Origin: Octopus vulgaris
Taxonomy: Eukaryota
DNA length: 64,000 bases
Direction of reading: 5' to 3'
Assembly (NCBI GenBank): GCA_951406725.2
Contig: OX597827.1
Coordinates: 77,190,001-77,254,000 of the forward strand
In this document: positions 24,306-37,755 of the stretch, piece by piece
Layout: every line of letters starts with the position of its first letter
Position numbering within the stretch: the first letter of the stretch is position 1
The notes under the pieces: model-generated
What the model was told of the DNA's origin: nothing
Seen by the model: only the letters and a program-made list of their open reading frames with translations
The model's database searches: none
Translations under genes and position numbers: made by a program

Positions 24306-24710
24306 CAGTAACGTGCCGTCAGTAATTACTCAGGGCAGGCAGTTGGCGACCTTTATAAATAAAACACAAAAAATAAGCAAAAACACAGGTGTGCGACTGA
24401 GTTGAAGGCAGATCTATTTCTACCTTTATAACATTTAAAGAAAACGGTGTTGTAGGAATGTACGCAGCATGTGTGCTACAGCAGTAATGTGCATAGCTTA
24501 AATACCGAGATTGAAAAGCAGGGGTGAATTACGCCTACCTAATCTATAAAAAATAAAACATTTTGCATTTTGTGCATAGTAATCAGACTAACCTTCATGG
24601 TTTTATTGAATTAGGTGCATATTTTGCCATGAGAAGAAAATGTTGCTATCGATCTATTTTATTCAAGATAGGCACAGTCTATCTTGCCTACCTTAGGCGG
24701 CACGTCCCTG
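24306..24710. mobile_element. hAT-type MITE
   Basis: TIRs CAGTAACGTGCCG / CGGCACGTCCCTG; 8-bp TSD TTTTGTTG / TTTTGCTG. Confidence 0.7.
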
Positions 24711-25199
24711 TTTTGCTGTCATCCGCTTGTTGCAAATGGCTGACAGGTGGATGAAAGTTTAACATTTTTTTCAACTTTGTTGGGGAATTTTCATTTAGAT
24801 AATTAAGAAAATATTTGTTAAGTGTAACACAGTTGTTAAATAATATAAGGCACATATCTAGTGTTGGTTACGTATGCAGGGGAAGGAACATAGCGAGATA
24901 ATATGGCTCCCACCTCCACCCATCTGCCAACCTACCATGAGCAAGTTTTCGTAAGTTTGCGCAAACAGACTGCCATATTTTGGCTTGTCTTCAATATTAT
25001 GATTAGTAACAATTATTAGTAACAATTATTGAGTCTAGCGGACTTATGTGTACCCGTCTTTCTATCTTACAACACTCGGTCTCCCATCCGTAATTCGGTC
25101 GCATTAGACGCAGGGCAAGGTTAAAACATAACAAAAAGTGCGGTAATTATATGGTTGTATATGTGTATGTGTATGTTTGTATGCACCTATTTGTGCGTG

Positions 25200-25268
<69 letters not shown>

Positions 25269-25271
<3 letters not shown>

Positions 25272-25426
25272 GAGTGGCTGTGTGGTAAGTAGCTTGCCAA
25301 CCAACCACATGGTTCCGGGTTCAGTCCCACTGCGTGGCATCTTGGGCAAGTGTCTTCTACTGTAGCCTCGGGATGACCAAAGCCTTGTGAGTGGATTTGG
25401 TAAACGGAAACTGAAAGAAGCCCGTC

Positions 25427-25497
<71 letters not shown>

Positions 25498-26620
25498 GTA
25501 AAAAATAAATACAGACATGGACAAGAACATGAAACACCAAAGAGACGACACAAGAACCACAGGACGGGACATTCGAAGCCCTCAGTCATCAGTCAAGAAC
25601 CAGATCATCTTCGCAATTTCGGCTGATTAATCTTGAGATTGCTCCGATCTGGGCAGCCCCCAAAGGAAAATCTAAGCCAAGCGCATTAGATCCCTTGGAA
25701 GAAAGCTTCGAATGTATACAACACGAGGACGGAAAACGAACGGAGTACACGAACAAAAATACAGAATACGTGACACCAATAAGAATACAAAAACGTAAAA
25801 ACAGTAACGGTAAAGATAAAAAACAAAACAAAACCAGGACGTAGGACAAGGGTCTTTCGACAGGACGAGTTGAGTTGGGGCTGGCTTATGAAGTAGTGCC
25901 TAATGGCCGCAGGGAGACGAACAAATACGTATTGCTTCGACGACTGCTGGAACGAAAAGGGCGCTCAGCAGTGGCTAGCGGTCACGTGAGGACAAAAGAC
26001 AGGAGAAAGGGACAGATGAAGAGAGAGAGAAGTTGGACGAGGGAGGAGAAGAAGGAGACAGATCGAGGGGACTGGAGGTGAGAGAGACAGAGAAACGTAG
26101 AGGGGGGGGCGGATGGAGAGGGAAAGAAAGGAAGGGGAATAAGGGAGGAGAGAGAGAGAGAGAGAAAGAGACAGATCAAGAGTCGTATCAATGCTAGAGA
26201 AAAAATATACTTATCGTATAAGGACAATTGTGGATACGTAGCCGCCGATTATATATGTAAACAGTAAAAAATAAATACAGACATGGACAAGAACATGAAA
26301 CACCAAAGAGACGACACAAGAACCACAGGACGGGACATTCGAAGCCCTCAGTCATCAGTCAAGAACCAGATCATCTTCGCAATTTCGGCTGATTAATATG
26401 CGTGTGTGTGTTTGTGTGTCTGTGTTTGTCCCCCTAGCATTGCTTGACAACCGATGCTGGTATGTTTATGTCCCCGTTACTTAGCGGTTCGGCAAAAGAG
26501 ACCGATAGAATAAGTACTGGGCTTACAAAAGAATAAGTCCCGGGGTCGAGTTGCTCGATTAAAGGCAGTGCTCCAGCATGGCCGCAATCAAATGACTGAA
26601 ACAAATAAAAGAGTAAGAGT
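25269..26620 (+). mobile_element. SINE family B split by an insertion in its internal microsatellite
   Basis: Head at 25269-25428 and tail at about 26400-26620; the insert spans 25491-26397. Confidence 0.85.
25491..26397 (-). mobile_element. Non-coding PLE-like element with 141-bp identical direct repeats (pseudo-LTR)
   Basis: 25491-25631 equals 26257-26397; purine-skewed 625-bp interior; inserted in (TA)n. Confidence 0.75.
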
Positions 26621-26872
26621 ATGTATGTATTAAAAAAAAGCCTTTGCGTGTCATGCCGACTCACGAGGGCCGGTTTCCCTGCGTATAAATTCCCCTTCTG
26701 GACGGGACGCGGGTCCATCACAGGATTCCTCCTTTTTGCCAGCTGAGTGGACTGGAGCAATGTGAAAGGAAGTGCTTTGCTCAAGAACACGAGGCACCGG
26801 TCTACAGGACTCGAAACCACAATCTTACGATCATGAGTCCAACACCCTAACCACTAAGCCATGCACCTCCAC

Positions 26873-26997
26873 TTATGTATGTATGTATGTATGTATGTAT
26901 GTATGTATGTATGTATGTATGTATGTATGTATGTATGTGTGTGTATGTATGTATGTATGTAAGTATATATGTATGTATGTATGTATGTGTGTGTATG

Positions 26998-27028
<31 letters not shown>

Positions 27029-27045
27029 GTATATATGTATGTATG

Positions 27046-27079
<34 letters not shown>

Positions 27080-27137
27080 TGTATGCATGTATGTATGTAT
27101 GTATGGATGTATATATGTATGCATGTATGTATGTAAG

Positions 27138-27172
<35 letters not shown>

Positions 27173-27173
27173 G

Positions 27174-27205
<32 letters not shown>

Positions 27206-27361
27206 CATGTATGTATGTATGTATGTATGTATGTATGTATGTATGTATGTATGTATGTATGTATGTATGTATGTATGCATGTATGTATGTATGTATGCAT
27301 GTATGCATGTATGTATGTATGTATGTATGTATGCATGTATGTATGTATGTATGTATGTATG
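26873..27361. repeat. (TATG)n microsatellite, about 490 bp
   Basis: Direct reading. Confidence 0.97.
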
Positions 27362-27384
27362 TCGAAGCGACGACAGCAGTAACC

Positions 27385-29520
27385 AAGGGCAGATTTTCTT
27401 GTTACCGGAAAATGTTCGCCATTAATTTCTTCATATTTACAACATTGGGGATTTTATCAAATTTTAGTTTCAATAAATGCTTTCGAGTTGATAAGCTCCA
27501 CTTGTGTGTAACTAGGCATTGTGAAAATGTTTTACTTTCACCAAATGAAAATGAGCTTATAATTGAGAATACTTGATCTTGTTCAACAAAACCAGTAAAC
27601 AGACTTTCAAATACATTTTTTTTTGTAAAATCGCCATTATCTTCAGAACGTTCACTCTGCTCTTTCAGTGCAAACAACTGGTTCGAAATCTCATTTTGCC
27701 GCTGTGCGATGACCGGTTTTAACTTCATCTTGAATGTTCAGCATACATTTATAAATTAGCTATAAGCGACATAATTATTTCTTCATTGCTCACAGGGGGC
27801 TGAATATTGAGAGGACAAACAAAGGGATAAAGTCGATTACATCGACCCCAGTGCATAACTGGTACTTATTTAATGGACTCCGAGAGGATGAAAGGCAAAG
27901 TCAACCTCGGCGGAATTTGAACTGAACTCAGAACGTAACGGCAGACGAAATACCTATTTCTTTATTACCCACAAGGGGCTAAACACAGAGGGAAGAAACA
28001 AGGACAGACAAACGGATTAAGTCGATTATATCTACAGCAGTGCGTTAACTGGTACTTATTTAATCGACCCCGAAAGGATGAAAGGCAAAGTCGACCTCGG
28101 CGGAATTTGAACTCAGAACGTAGCGGCAAACGAAATACCGCTAAGCATTTCGTCCGGCGTGCTATAACATTTCTGCCAGCTCGCCGCCTTTATAAGCGAC
28201 ACAATCTAGTTTTAACAATGTCTGAGTGTTATCTGCAGGAAATTTTAGCTGCTTCTTCATTTACTAAGCTAGAAAACAATGTGTTTTTTTTTTTTCATCG
28301 AGTCTAACTTGATTTGTAAAGCAAAGTATCGTTCATATTCTAGAAATCTCTTCGTGACGCCTACCTTTTAGATTTTGTAGGCAAAACGTTAATATTTATC
28401 AACTTTCATGCAGTTAAAGCCAGTTTTTTTCGTGGACGAATCAGACAATCCATTTTTATCTCATAAAAATATCCATTTTAAAAAAAAAACTCATTTTACT
28501 CTCGCTGAAAATTATGAATAGTATTCTTTCAAAACGTACTCAGAATCTGACGTCTAGAAAGGCAGTACAGCAGCTCACAATGGTGGACAAGATCGCCATA
28601 TTGCTAATCTCTCACATCCAGCAGCATTAAACTGAATTCTCCTTTAATTTTTATTCACGTATTTCACCACCATTTGTATCACATGCTGCAAGTTTAAGGT
28701 TGTTTTTTTTCACCCGTCTCTTAATAGTATAATGTTAATACGGTGATCTTTTACCGGAAGATAAATTTTAGAAGTCTCTAGTAAAGTTGTAGTCCCAACA
28801 GCTTTACTCATCACCGACAATGTCTACTATAGAAAACATAGACAATTTTACTGAAATTTATATCAATAGATTTTTCCAAGCATGACTTTACTTCATCAAA
28901 TATATTCGATCCTCTTGTTTTTTTTCCTGTTTTTTCTTTTTTTCTTCTTCCTTTGAAGCGACTCAAGTTCTTCAAAGACGCTAAAATTGACATCAATTCC
29001 CATTATAAAAATGTTAAACTCAGTCATATCACACATACACACACACACACACACACAAATAGATTCATTCAAAACTAAAGACAAAAAATATAAATATGGA
29101 AAAGGTTTTCAGTTACTCAGACACACAAGAGAGTAATTTCGGTGCGTCTTATAAATTTTGGCTTTGACGGAATAATTTTGTCTACCTTTCTTTCGATATT
29201 TTTATCACCGAGATATCCTGCAAATATTTAAAGACAAAACCTAACAATTTCTTCTCCATCAAAGAACAACTTTTGTTTGTCGTCCAACGCTAAAGCAATT
29301 TCACAGGATTCTTCTTTCATTGCCAAACTTCCACAACTTCTTTCGATCTATTTTGTTTATTGATTTTCTTCCATTTTCGTAATCGTATATTCTTTCCGTA
29401 ACCCAGACCCAAATGCTAGTTTCAGTTTTCCTTCTGTTTTATTCTCATGTTACATTATGTAGTGTCTGTCAAGATCGTCTGCACCTTGAAATGACAACCT
29501 ATTTTCACAAACAATTCACA
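27385..29520 (-). pseudogene. Decayed hAT (Charlie/Buster/SPIN-like) transposase
   Basis: Ordered motifs LDRHY, KLFFDGEEIV, SLVLNES, IFIMGIDVNFSVFEEL, TRGSNIFDEVKSCLE, LQHVIQMVVKYVN, QYGDLVHHCEL..LSR and QVELI correspond to Buster-type motifs FSLALDES, IFIRG..EEL, TTG..IF, YGDL.YH.EVRWLSRG and QMELI. Confidence 0.85.
27772..28190 (-). mobile_element. SINE family A variant with duplicated 3' half, nested in the hAT relic
   Basis: 11-bp TSD TATAAGCGACA (27761-27771 and 28191-28201). Confidence 0.9.
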
Positions 29521-29529
29521 ACGGCCTTA

Positions 29530-29945
29530 AGATATTTTCGGTTTGACCGGCAGTTTTTAAAAATAATTTCCACGTAACTAAACACTTTTAAACTTCGTAT
29601 ACTGGTAGAATGTGTTTATAAAACATCTTTTCTCTTGGCTTTATTGAGAAAATTCTATAGTTTGTAAGATATTTGTTGTTTTTTTCTTCAATTTCTGCAA
29701 TTTCAACCAATCCATGACGTCTATTCAGGTGAAAACATTCTGTGCCGTATGAATATGTCCCTCGTTTAAGAAACAGATTGGGTTTATTTACATTTCTGAA
29801 GAAAAAAAGATACCCTCCTCCCCCACCCATAACCCTAACCCTAAAACAGATTGAAATGCAATAGATCGATACTAGGGTCATAATTATGGGTGACAATTTC
29901 ATATGATACCGCTAGAAAAAACTGCCAGTCAAACCGAAAAGATCC
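29530..29945. mobile_element. MITE (unclassified) with TIRs of about 28 bp
   Basis: GATATTTTCGGTTTGACCGGCAGTTTTT / AAAAACTGCCAGTCAAACCGAAAAGATC; internal TAACCCTAACCCTAA. Confidence 0.8.
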
Positions 29946-31312
29946 AAAACCTGGTTGCTGCCTCAAAATCAAACAAACATCAAAGGTGTTTCAAACAATT
30001 ATCGACAGGTGTACAATGCACCATTTTCTACTTCTAAAACCACCCGTGCACCAATTTTGGCGCATGCGTCACAATATTGTCACCACTGGTTACAAGGATA
30101 GATTGCATTCACATAAACACACTAAAACACACACACACGGAGACACTAAAAGACACATGGGTACTCCGTCGATAACGACGATGGGGCTTCCAGTTGATTC
30201 GATCAAAGGTAAGGCTGCTCGTGAAATTAACGGGCAAATGGCTGGACACTCTATAGACATGTATAGCCTTCATGTAATTGTCATGGAGATCTTTGCCAGC
30301 TGAGTGGACTGGAGCAATGTGAAATAAAGCGTCTTGCTTAAGGACACAAAGCGTTGCCAGGTATCGAACTCAGACCACACGCGCCTTCAGCAAAAATACA
30401 CACACACACACACACACACATACCGTCATTTTAACATCTGTCGGCATGGGTTAGACGAGATTTTATATCAACAGACCTACATGCACACATACGTACACAC
30501 CATACAAACGCACTCGCACAATTTTCCATACATATATACACACACACACAGATACATATACACATACAGACATACACACACACACACGTACGCGCACATA
30601 CATACCGGCACGTACATGCATACATACATACGTACACATACTAATATACATGTACACACACAGAGACACGTTCACATAAACACACTCTCATACATACACA
30701 CACATGCAGGTATACACTCTTTCACATACACACATATAGACAGGCAGACATGTACACAATCGCACACATACACATACATACCCGCACATACATATACACA
30801 CACCGTAACCATGACCACCACACAGATACACACTTCCCCACCACACTCTCAGTGATTACATGTATACACCCCTCGAATTAACCCAAACCACTACACTCCC
30901 ACACACACCACTATACACAAAGATACAACACACCAACACATACACACACCACACAGCCCTCGTTTCTACGCTCAGAAATAGATACATTCGTATTTATTAA
31001 CGTCTGTATACCCACCCCTTCTTTCTTTCCCGTCTTAATTCTCGCTCCCCCCCCCCCAATAGAATACCATTTCCATAAACTTTTTAACCCTTCATCAATT
31101 TTCTTTTTACAATTTCTATTTCTCAATTTTATATGCCCTTTCTTTTCTTTTTTTATGATGAAAGACAGGCGTCCGAAACGTTATGGCACTTTCTCTCTCA
31201 TTAGAACGTTAAGCTAATAACGTTTTCATCAACATTTGTTTTCTTTTTAATGTTCGTTCTGTTTACATTATGCATATATGAATGTATACGCACGTGCATC
31301 AACCAAATCTAG

Positions 31313-32069
31313 GCTATAGTAGAAGAGACAAGGTGCCACGCAGTGGGACTGAACCCGGAACCATGTGGTTGGGAAGCAAGCTTCTTACCACGTGGGCATT
31401 CCTGCGCCTATGTATGTATGTATCTCCCAACCCCACCGCTTGACAACTGTTGTTGGTTTGTTTATGTCCCCGTCCTCTAACGATGCGGTTAGAGAAACCG
31501 GATGAATAGTTGCCAAGCTTAAAAACAGTAAATACTGGGATTGACTTCTTTGGTTAAGTCCTTCAAGGCGGTGCTCCAGCGTGGGCACGGTGTAATGACT
31601 GAAACTAAATCTAAACAGAAACATACATATATATTCTTTTATTCTTTGACGTGTTTTAGTCATTTGACTGCGGCCATGCTGGAGCACCGCCTTATAGTCG
31701 TGCAAATCGACTCCAGGACATATTCTTTGTAAGCCTAGTACTTATTCTATCGTTATCTTTTGCCGAACCGCTAGTTTATGGGGACGTAAACACACCAACA
31801 TCGGTTGTCAGACGATGGTGGGGGACAAACACAGACACAAAGATACACACACACTCACACACACGCACACGCACACATACACACACACACATACACACAC
31901 ACACGCACTGACACACAAACAGATGATGGGCTTCTTTCAGTATCCGTCTACCAAATCAACTCACAAAGCTTTGGTCGGCCCGAGGCTATAGTAGAAGACA
32001 CTTGCCCAAGGTGGGACTGAACCCGGAACCATGAGGTTGAGAAGAAAGCCTCTTACCAGAGCCGCGCCT
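31313..32069. mobile_element. SINE family B cluster, with an inverted tail-to-tail pair
   Basis: (-) head 31313-31410; (+) tail 31430-31615; (-) near-full 31635-32069. Confidence 0.82.
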
Positions 32070-32649
32070 ATATATAGGGAGAGAGAGAGAGAGACAGACA
32101 GACAGTGACAGAGATACACATACATATGTGTATGTATGTACGTATGTATGCATGAATGTTTGTATACGCACTCATACAAGCATACACACACACACACACG
32201 TAAATTTGTGTGTGTATATGTAATTCTGTATATGTGGGTAATATAAAAGCGTGTGTGTGTGTATATACGTGAAAGTATGTTGTATAACACTATACGTGAC
32301 CATACACGTGTAACCGTCTCATAATGCCGAGCTTAAACACACACAGACACACACGCACACACAACCACACATACACACACACACACATCATACAAGCATG
32401 TGTGGTTAATTTATGAACAGTCTTCTAGTGTGCGCATGTGTGTGTGTATGTATGTGTGCGTGTGTGTGTGTGCGTATACAGGCCTGTCCAAAGTCTATCA
32501 CCGACAGAAACATTAATGTCTCTCACTCTCTCTCTCTCTCTCTCGTTCACTCTCACCCTCTCTACCTCTCTCTTCCTCTCACTCTCTCATCTCTCCTTCA
32601 GTGTCTTCCAGCTCCACCACCACCACCACCACCACCACCCTCCACTCTC

Positions 32650-32760
32650 CCATTGACATGTGATGTAGTCGGAGGTGAGTAAGCGGGGAGGCGGAGGTGA
32701 GAGAGGGCGGGTGGGGGTGGGCCGCCTCTTGATGCCTTGTCACTTTAGCCAATGGGTTGC
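32650..32760. promoter_or_regulatory. Possible regulatory island (GC boxes, CCAAT)
   Basis: GGGGAGGCGGAG, GAGGGCGGGT, AGCCAATG and TGACA/TGTCA motifs plus a plus-strand GAG|GTGAGT donor-like site within 110 bp of unique sequence. Confidence 0.25.
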
Positions 32761-32909
32761 TAGGTAGGTAGTCTAGTTGGGAGTTGCGGGGGGTGGAGGT
32801 GGTGGCTGGAGGGAGGGAGAGAGGAGGGTCGGTTAGTAGGTTGGTTGTGTGGAGTGAGACCGAAGAGGTGGTGTATTATACTGTGCTGGAAAGGTGTGTC
32901 GCCTCTATG

Positions 32910-32948
<39 letters not shown>

Positions 32949-33269
32949 GTGTGTGTGTGTGTGCATGTATGTGTATATATATGTGTGTGTGTGTGTATAT
33001 AGATATATGTGTATATATATATATACATACACATACAGATAGATAGATACACACAAACATATACATATACACACAAACATATACATATATATATATATAT
33101 ATGTACACACATATGTGTGCGTGATGTGTGTATATATATATATGTGTATGTGTGTGTTGTGCGTGTGTCTGTATACATATATATATGTCTGTATATATAC
33201 ATATATATGGTTGGGCGGATGTATTCATACATATATACGTGTGTGTGTATATATATGAGTGTATATATA

Positions 33270-33303
<34 letters not shown>

Positions 33304-34292
33304 CACACACACACACATATATATATACATTTATATATATATATATATATATAGACATAATTCACCTACACCCACATATATGTACATATGTAGATGTTTG
33401 TATGCTATGTGTGTGTTTGTGTGTTAGCGTATGTGTGTCTAAATGTTTGTATGTGTGTATGTGTGACAGAGATATGATTCTGAGGAGGATGTGTGGTGGC
33501 CTTGTCACTTCCCCCCCCCCCGCACCCCGAAAAAAAGCAAACCCCCCTACCGCATCTCAGCTGATTAGATGGGTAGATGTGTATGTGGGTGTGTGGGGGT
33601 GTAACTAAGTAAACGGGTAGGTGAGGAGGGTAGATATTAAATGGGTAGACAGATAGCTCCGGGTAGACATTTACCCCTAGATGGACTGGGCCATAGTATA
33701 ATGGGGTGGGTAATTACATAGGCAGTTAGATCGGGTGGGTGGGTGAATGGGTAGACTGGGTGGGTAAAACAAGTTTGGACAATAGGAATGTCGGTACAAG
33801 GCTGGGTGGAGAGCTTGATTGGTGGGTAGGCAGCTTGGTGGATATTTAGGTAGATATGTGAGAAGACAAGGGGGTGGGTTGGCAGGTAAGGAGGAAAGGT
33901 AAGATAGGGGTAGGTATGTAAATAGATGGGTAGATGTGTCTTTGTACCTAATATCATTATACCTTGCGGGGGGGGGAGACACATATAAATCCTCTTTCAC
34001 ACACACACACAAGCTGCTCCCCACCCTGTCATACGTGTGTACGTGGGGGGGGGGAAGGTATATGTATATATATGTGTGTGTGTGTGTGTACATCAGTCAC
34101 ACACACCCATTTATATATATATGTATGTATGTGTATGTGTATACATACATCACTGGTTGTATATTTAAACATATGACATCAAACATTCATACACGCCACA
34201 TAACACTCCTTGGTACCACACACACATACATAGATCCACAGACAGACAGACAGCAGACAGGCAGACAGACACACATATATATATATATATAT

Positions 34293-34359
<67 letters not shown>

Positions 34360-34390
34360 TAGATAGATAGATACATACATACATACATAA

Positions 34391-34487
<97 letters not shown>

Positions 34488-34839
34488 CAAATATAGATAG
34501 ATAGAAGGATGGATAGATAGGTGGATGAATAGCTAGAAAAACAGATAGGTTGATAGGCAGACACACAAAAAGTGAGAGATATATTAAATATTGTACCAGA
34601 TAAATTTATGATCTTCTGAAATTATTCTCACATCCAGGGAAAAGAGAACCATTTTGCTTGATGACAACTGAAACCAAATCAAAAACGAGAAGGGAAGGCA
34701 TAGGCTTAATGGCTGGGAGTGCTCAGTCCCCAATTGTAAGGAAGTCAGTTCAATACTTAGTGTTGTGTTGTGTCCTTGAGCAACACACTTTATTTCATGT
34801 TGCACCAGTCCACTCAGCTGGCAAAAATGAGCTTTACCT

Positions 34840-34997
34840 GTTCTATATTTGAGAGATGAGGAATTATGTACATTGTTTACATTTGACGGATATTTCTCCT
34901 CATCTTGTTTGTTAACACATTTTAGATGATTTACTCTCCAGCCGGGTTCTCATTTCTAAGGTATTTTTCGATGTTGTTGTTGTTATTATTGTTGTTG

Positions 34998-35031
<34 letters not shown>

Positions 35032-35074
35032 CATTATTATTATTATATTATCATTATTATTATTATTATTATTA

Positions 35075-35141
<67 letters not shown>

Positions 35142-35161
35142 CATCATCATCATTATTATTA

Positions 35162-35195
<34 letters not shown>

Positions 35196-35199
35196 CATA

Positions 35200-35237
<38 letters not shown>

Positions 35238-35241
35238 CATA

Positions 35242-35294
<53 letters not shown>

Positions 35295-35395
35295 CATTAT
35301 TATTATTATTATTCATGTCACTGCCTGGAATCGAACTCTGAATCTTGGGGTTAGTAGCCCATGCTCTTAACCACTACGCCATATGCCCATGGGCA
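34840..35395 (-). mobile_element. tRNA/(AAT)n/hammerhead-tail SINE, copy 2 (ribozyme core deleted), nested in a family D SINE
   Basis: Same head (TGGCGTAGTGGTTAAGAGC...GAGTTCGATTCCAGGCAGTGAC), (AAT)n and tail as 13520-14035. It lacks the segment containing CTGATGA. Confidence 0.85.
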
Positions 35396-36144
35396 ATAAT
35401 GGAGTGAATGGCAATTATGGAGTGACTGGCTGTGCCTGTAATGCAAAGGGCCAGCTTTGTCACCATCTGTTGGCCACCTTTGTCATGCTGAATCTCCCTG
35501 AGAACTCCATTAAGGGTATGCGTGTCTGTGGAGTACTCAGCCACTTGCACATTAATTAATTCCACAAGCAGGCTGTTCTGTTCATCGGATCGACTGGAAT
35601 TCTCTTCATTGTAACCAATGGATTACCAGTTGAATGGGAAAAGGAAATAATCCCAAGATTAAAGGGTTTTCCAACAGCAACTTGTGATTAAGGCAAAGAC
35701 AGTCATGATTACCTGAACAGCTATGGACAGGTGTTTCTGTCTTAATCAAACTCATCAGCACAGCAGTAGCCCTACCATACTCCCAGCTGACTCATATACA
35801 TACATACTTATACATGCACACACACACACACGCACACATACACACGCACACACACGTACACACACACAAGTACACACTTCCACACATGTACTCATACATA
35901 CATATATCATGTGTGTGTGTGTTTTTTATCTTTTAGCATTTACTTGTTTCAGTCATTAGATTGCGGCCATGCTGGGGCACTGCCTTGTAGAATTTTTAAT
36001 TGAATGAATCCATCCCAGCACTTATTTTTTGAAAAACCTGGAACTTATTTTATCAGTCCCTTTTGTCAAACTGCGAAGTTATAGGATGTAAACATGCTAA
36101 TACCAGCTGTCAGACAGTAGTGGGAGACAAATGTAGGTACAAAG

Positions 36145-36212
<68 letters not shown>

Positions 36213-37351
36213 GATGGGATTCTTTCAGCACGGAAAACAGACGTTAAACGATGATGATATAATTTGCTTTGTGGTAATCATGACGACGTTCTATGTCCCA
36301 GGTTCAATCGCACCAAAGTCATCTTTGCCTATCATCCTTTTGGGGTCAAGACCTGAAGTACCACTCATGAAACTATGGTCAGCTTTCTATCTTTTTTTCT
36401 ATTTTTTTCCTATCTTGAAAAAAAATAATCAGCTGTTGTCAGACCTGGAGAGTGATCAGAGCCATGAGGACATGCTATACTTCATAATACCTCTTCTATA
36501 TCCATCAAGGAGTACAGAACCCAAAACAAGGCAAGACATACACACGTGTGTGTGTGTGTGTTTGTGCATTTATGTGCTGATCTTGTACCCATCTGAATTC
36601 TTAGATGTGCTCCTATATGTACATGCCCTACAACCTACTCCCTCCTTCATCTCCCCTCCACAAACTCACCATCCCTCCTGGCCCCTAACTCTTCACCGAT
36701 TCTTTTTCTTTCTTTCACCCTCATTCTTTTCTATTCTAGGCACAAGGCCTGAAATTTTGGGACAGGGGGGCCAGTCGAGTAGATTGACCCCAGGTACTTA
36801 ATTTATCCACCTTGATAAGATGAAAGGAAAAGTCGACCTCGGCCACTCTCCTCTACTTCTACTATGCTTTTCTTATGATGAAGGACTAGCGTTCAAAACG
36901 TTAAGACTCCTTTTTAAGCATTAAGACAATAACATATTTGTTAAACAAAATTTCAATGTTGTCTTCTTTCATTTTATGTTCATTGTTTTCATTATATATA
37001 TATATGTGGGGTGTGTATGCATGTGCATGCATGTGTGTGTGTGTGTGTGTGCGCATGCATGTGTGTGTGTGTGTGTGTATTTATATATGAGTAAGTGAAC
37101 AAATACAGCATTCTGCCTAGTTCAGGAATTGAACCTAGGACTTCTTGATCGTGAACCGAACACCTTTATTGATTAATGACTGGAGCATGCAACTTCCCAT
37201 GGTCACTGTAGTGATGACTGATGAAAGGAGAAAGAGGAGGAGACAGGAAGCTGAATGAGGAGTGGTTGGAGTGTGTTAATGAATGATTCCTGATCAGTCA
37301 GCCAGCTTTGCATGTGGTCTATGATGTGTATGTGTGTGTATGTGTGTATGT

Positions 37352-37372
37352 GTAGTAGTAGTAGCAGCAGTG

Positions 37373-37422
<50 letters not shown>

Positions 37423-37630
37423 GGTGGTGGTGGTGGTGGTGGTGGTGGTAGTGGTGGTAGTAATAGTGGTGGTGGTGGTAGCAGTAGTAGTGGTAGTGGT
37501 GGTGGTGGTGGTGGTGGTGGTAGTAGTGGTGGTGGTGGTGGTAGTAATAGTGGTGGTGGTGGTGGTAGTAGTAGTGGTGGTGGTGGTGGTAGTAGTAGTA
37601 GTGGTGGTTATGGTAGCAGTAGTAGTGGTG

Positions 37631-37662
<32 letters not shown>

Positions 37663-37755
37663 GGTGGTGGTAGGTAGTAGTGGTGGTGGTGGTGGTGGTG
37701 GTGGTGGTTGTAGTAGTAGTAGTGGTGGTGATGGTAGTAGTAGCAGCAGCAGCAG
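37352..37755. repeat. Compound (AGT/GGT/AGC)n trinucleotide repeat
   Basis: Direct reading. Confidence 0.95.

Noticed and set aside
26772-27576. Long YVCM/HTYI repeat ORFs (and similar YI/HT ORFs throughout)
   Set aside because: Artefacts of (TATG)n, (TA)n and (CA)n repeats.
29829-29844. Telomeric TAACCC repeats
   Set aside because: Only about 2.5 units and internal to a MITE; not a telomere or an interstitial telomeric array.
36211-36801. 196-aa ORF
   Set aside because: A patchwork of SINE fragments and simple repeats.
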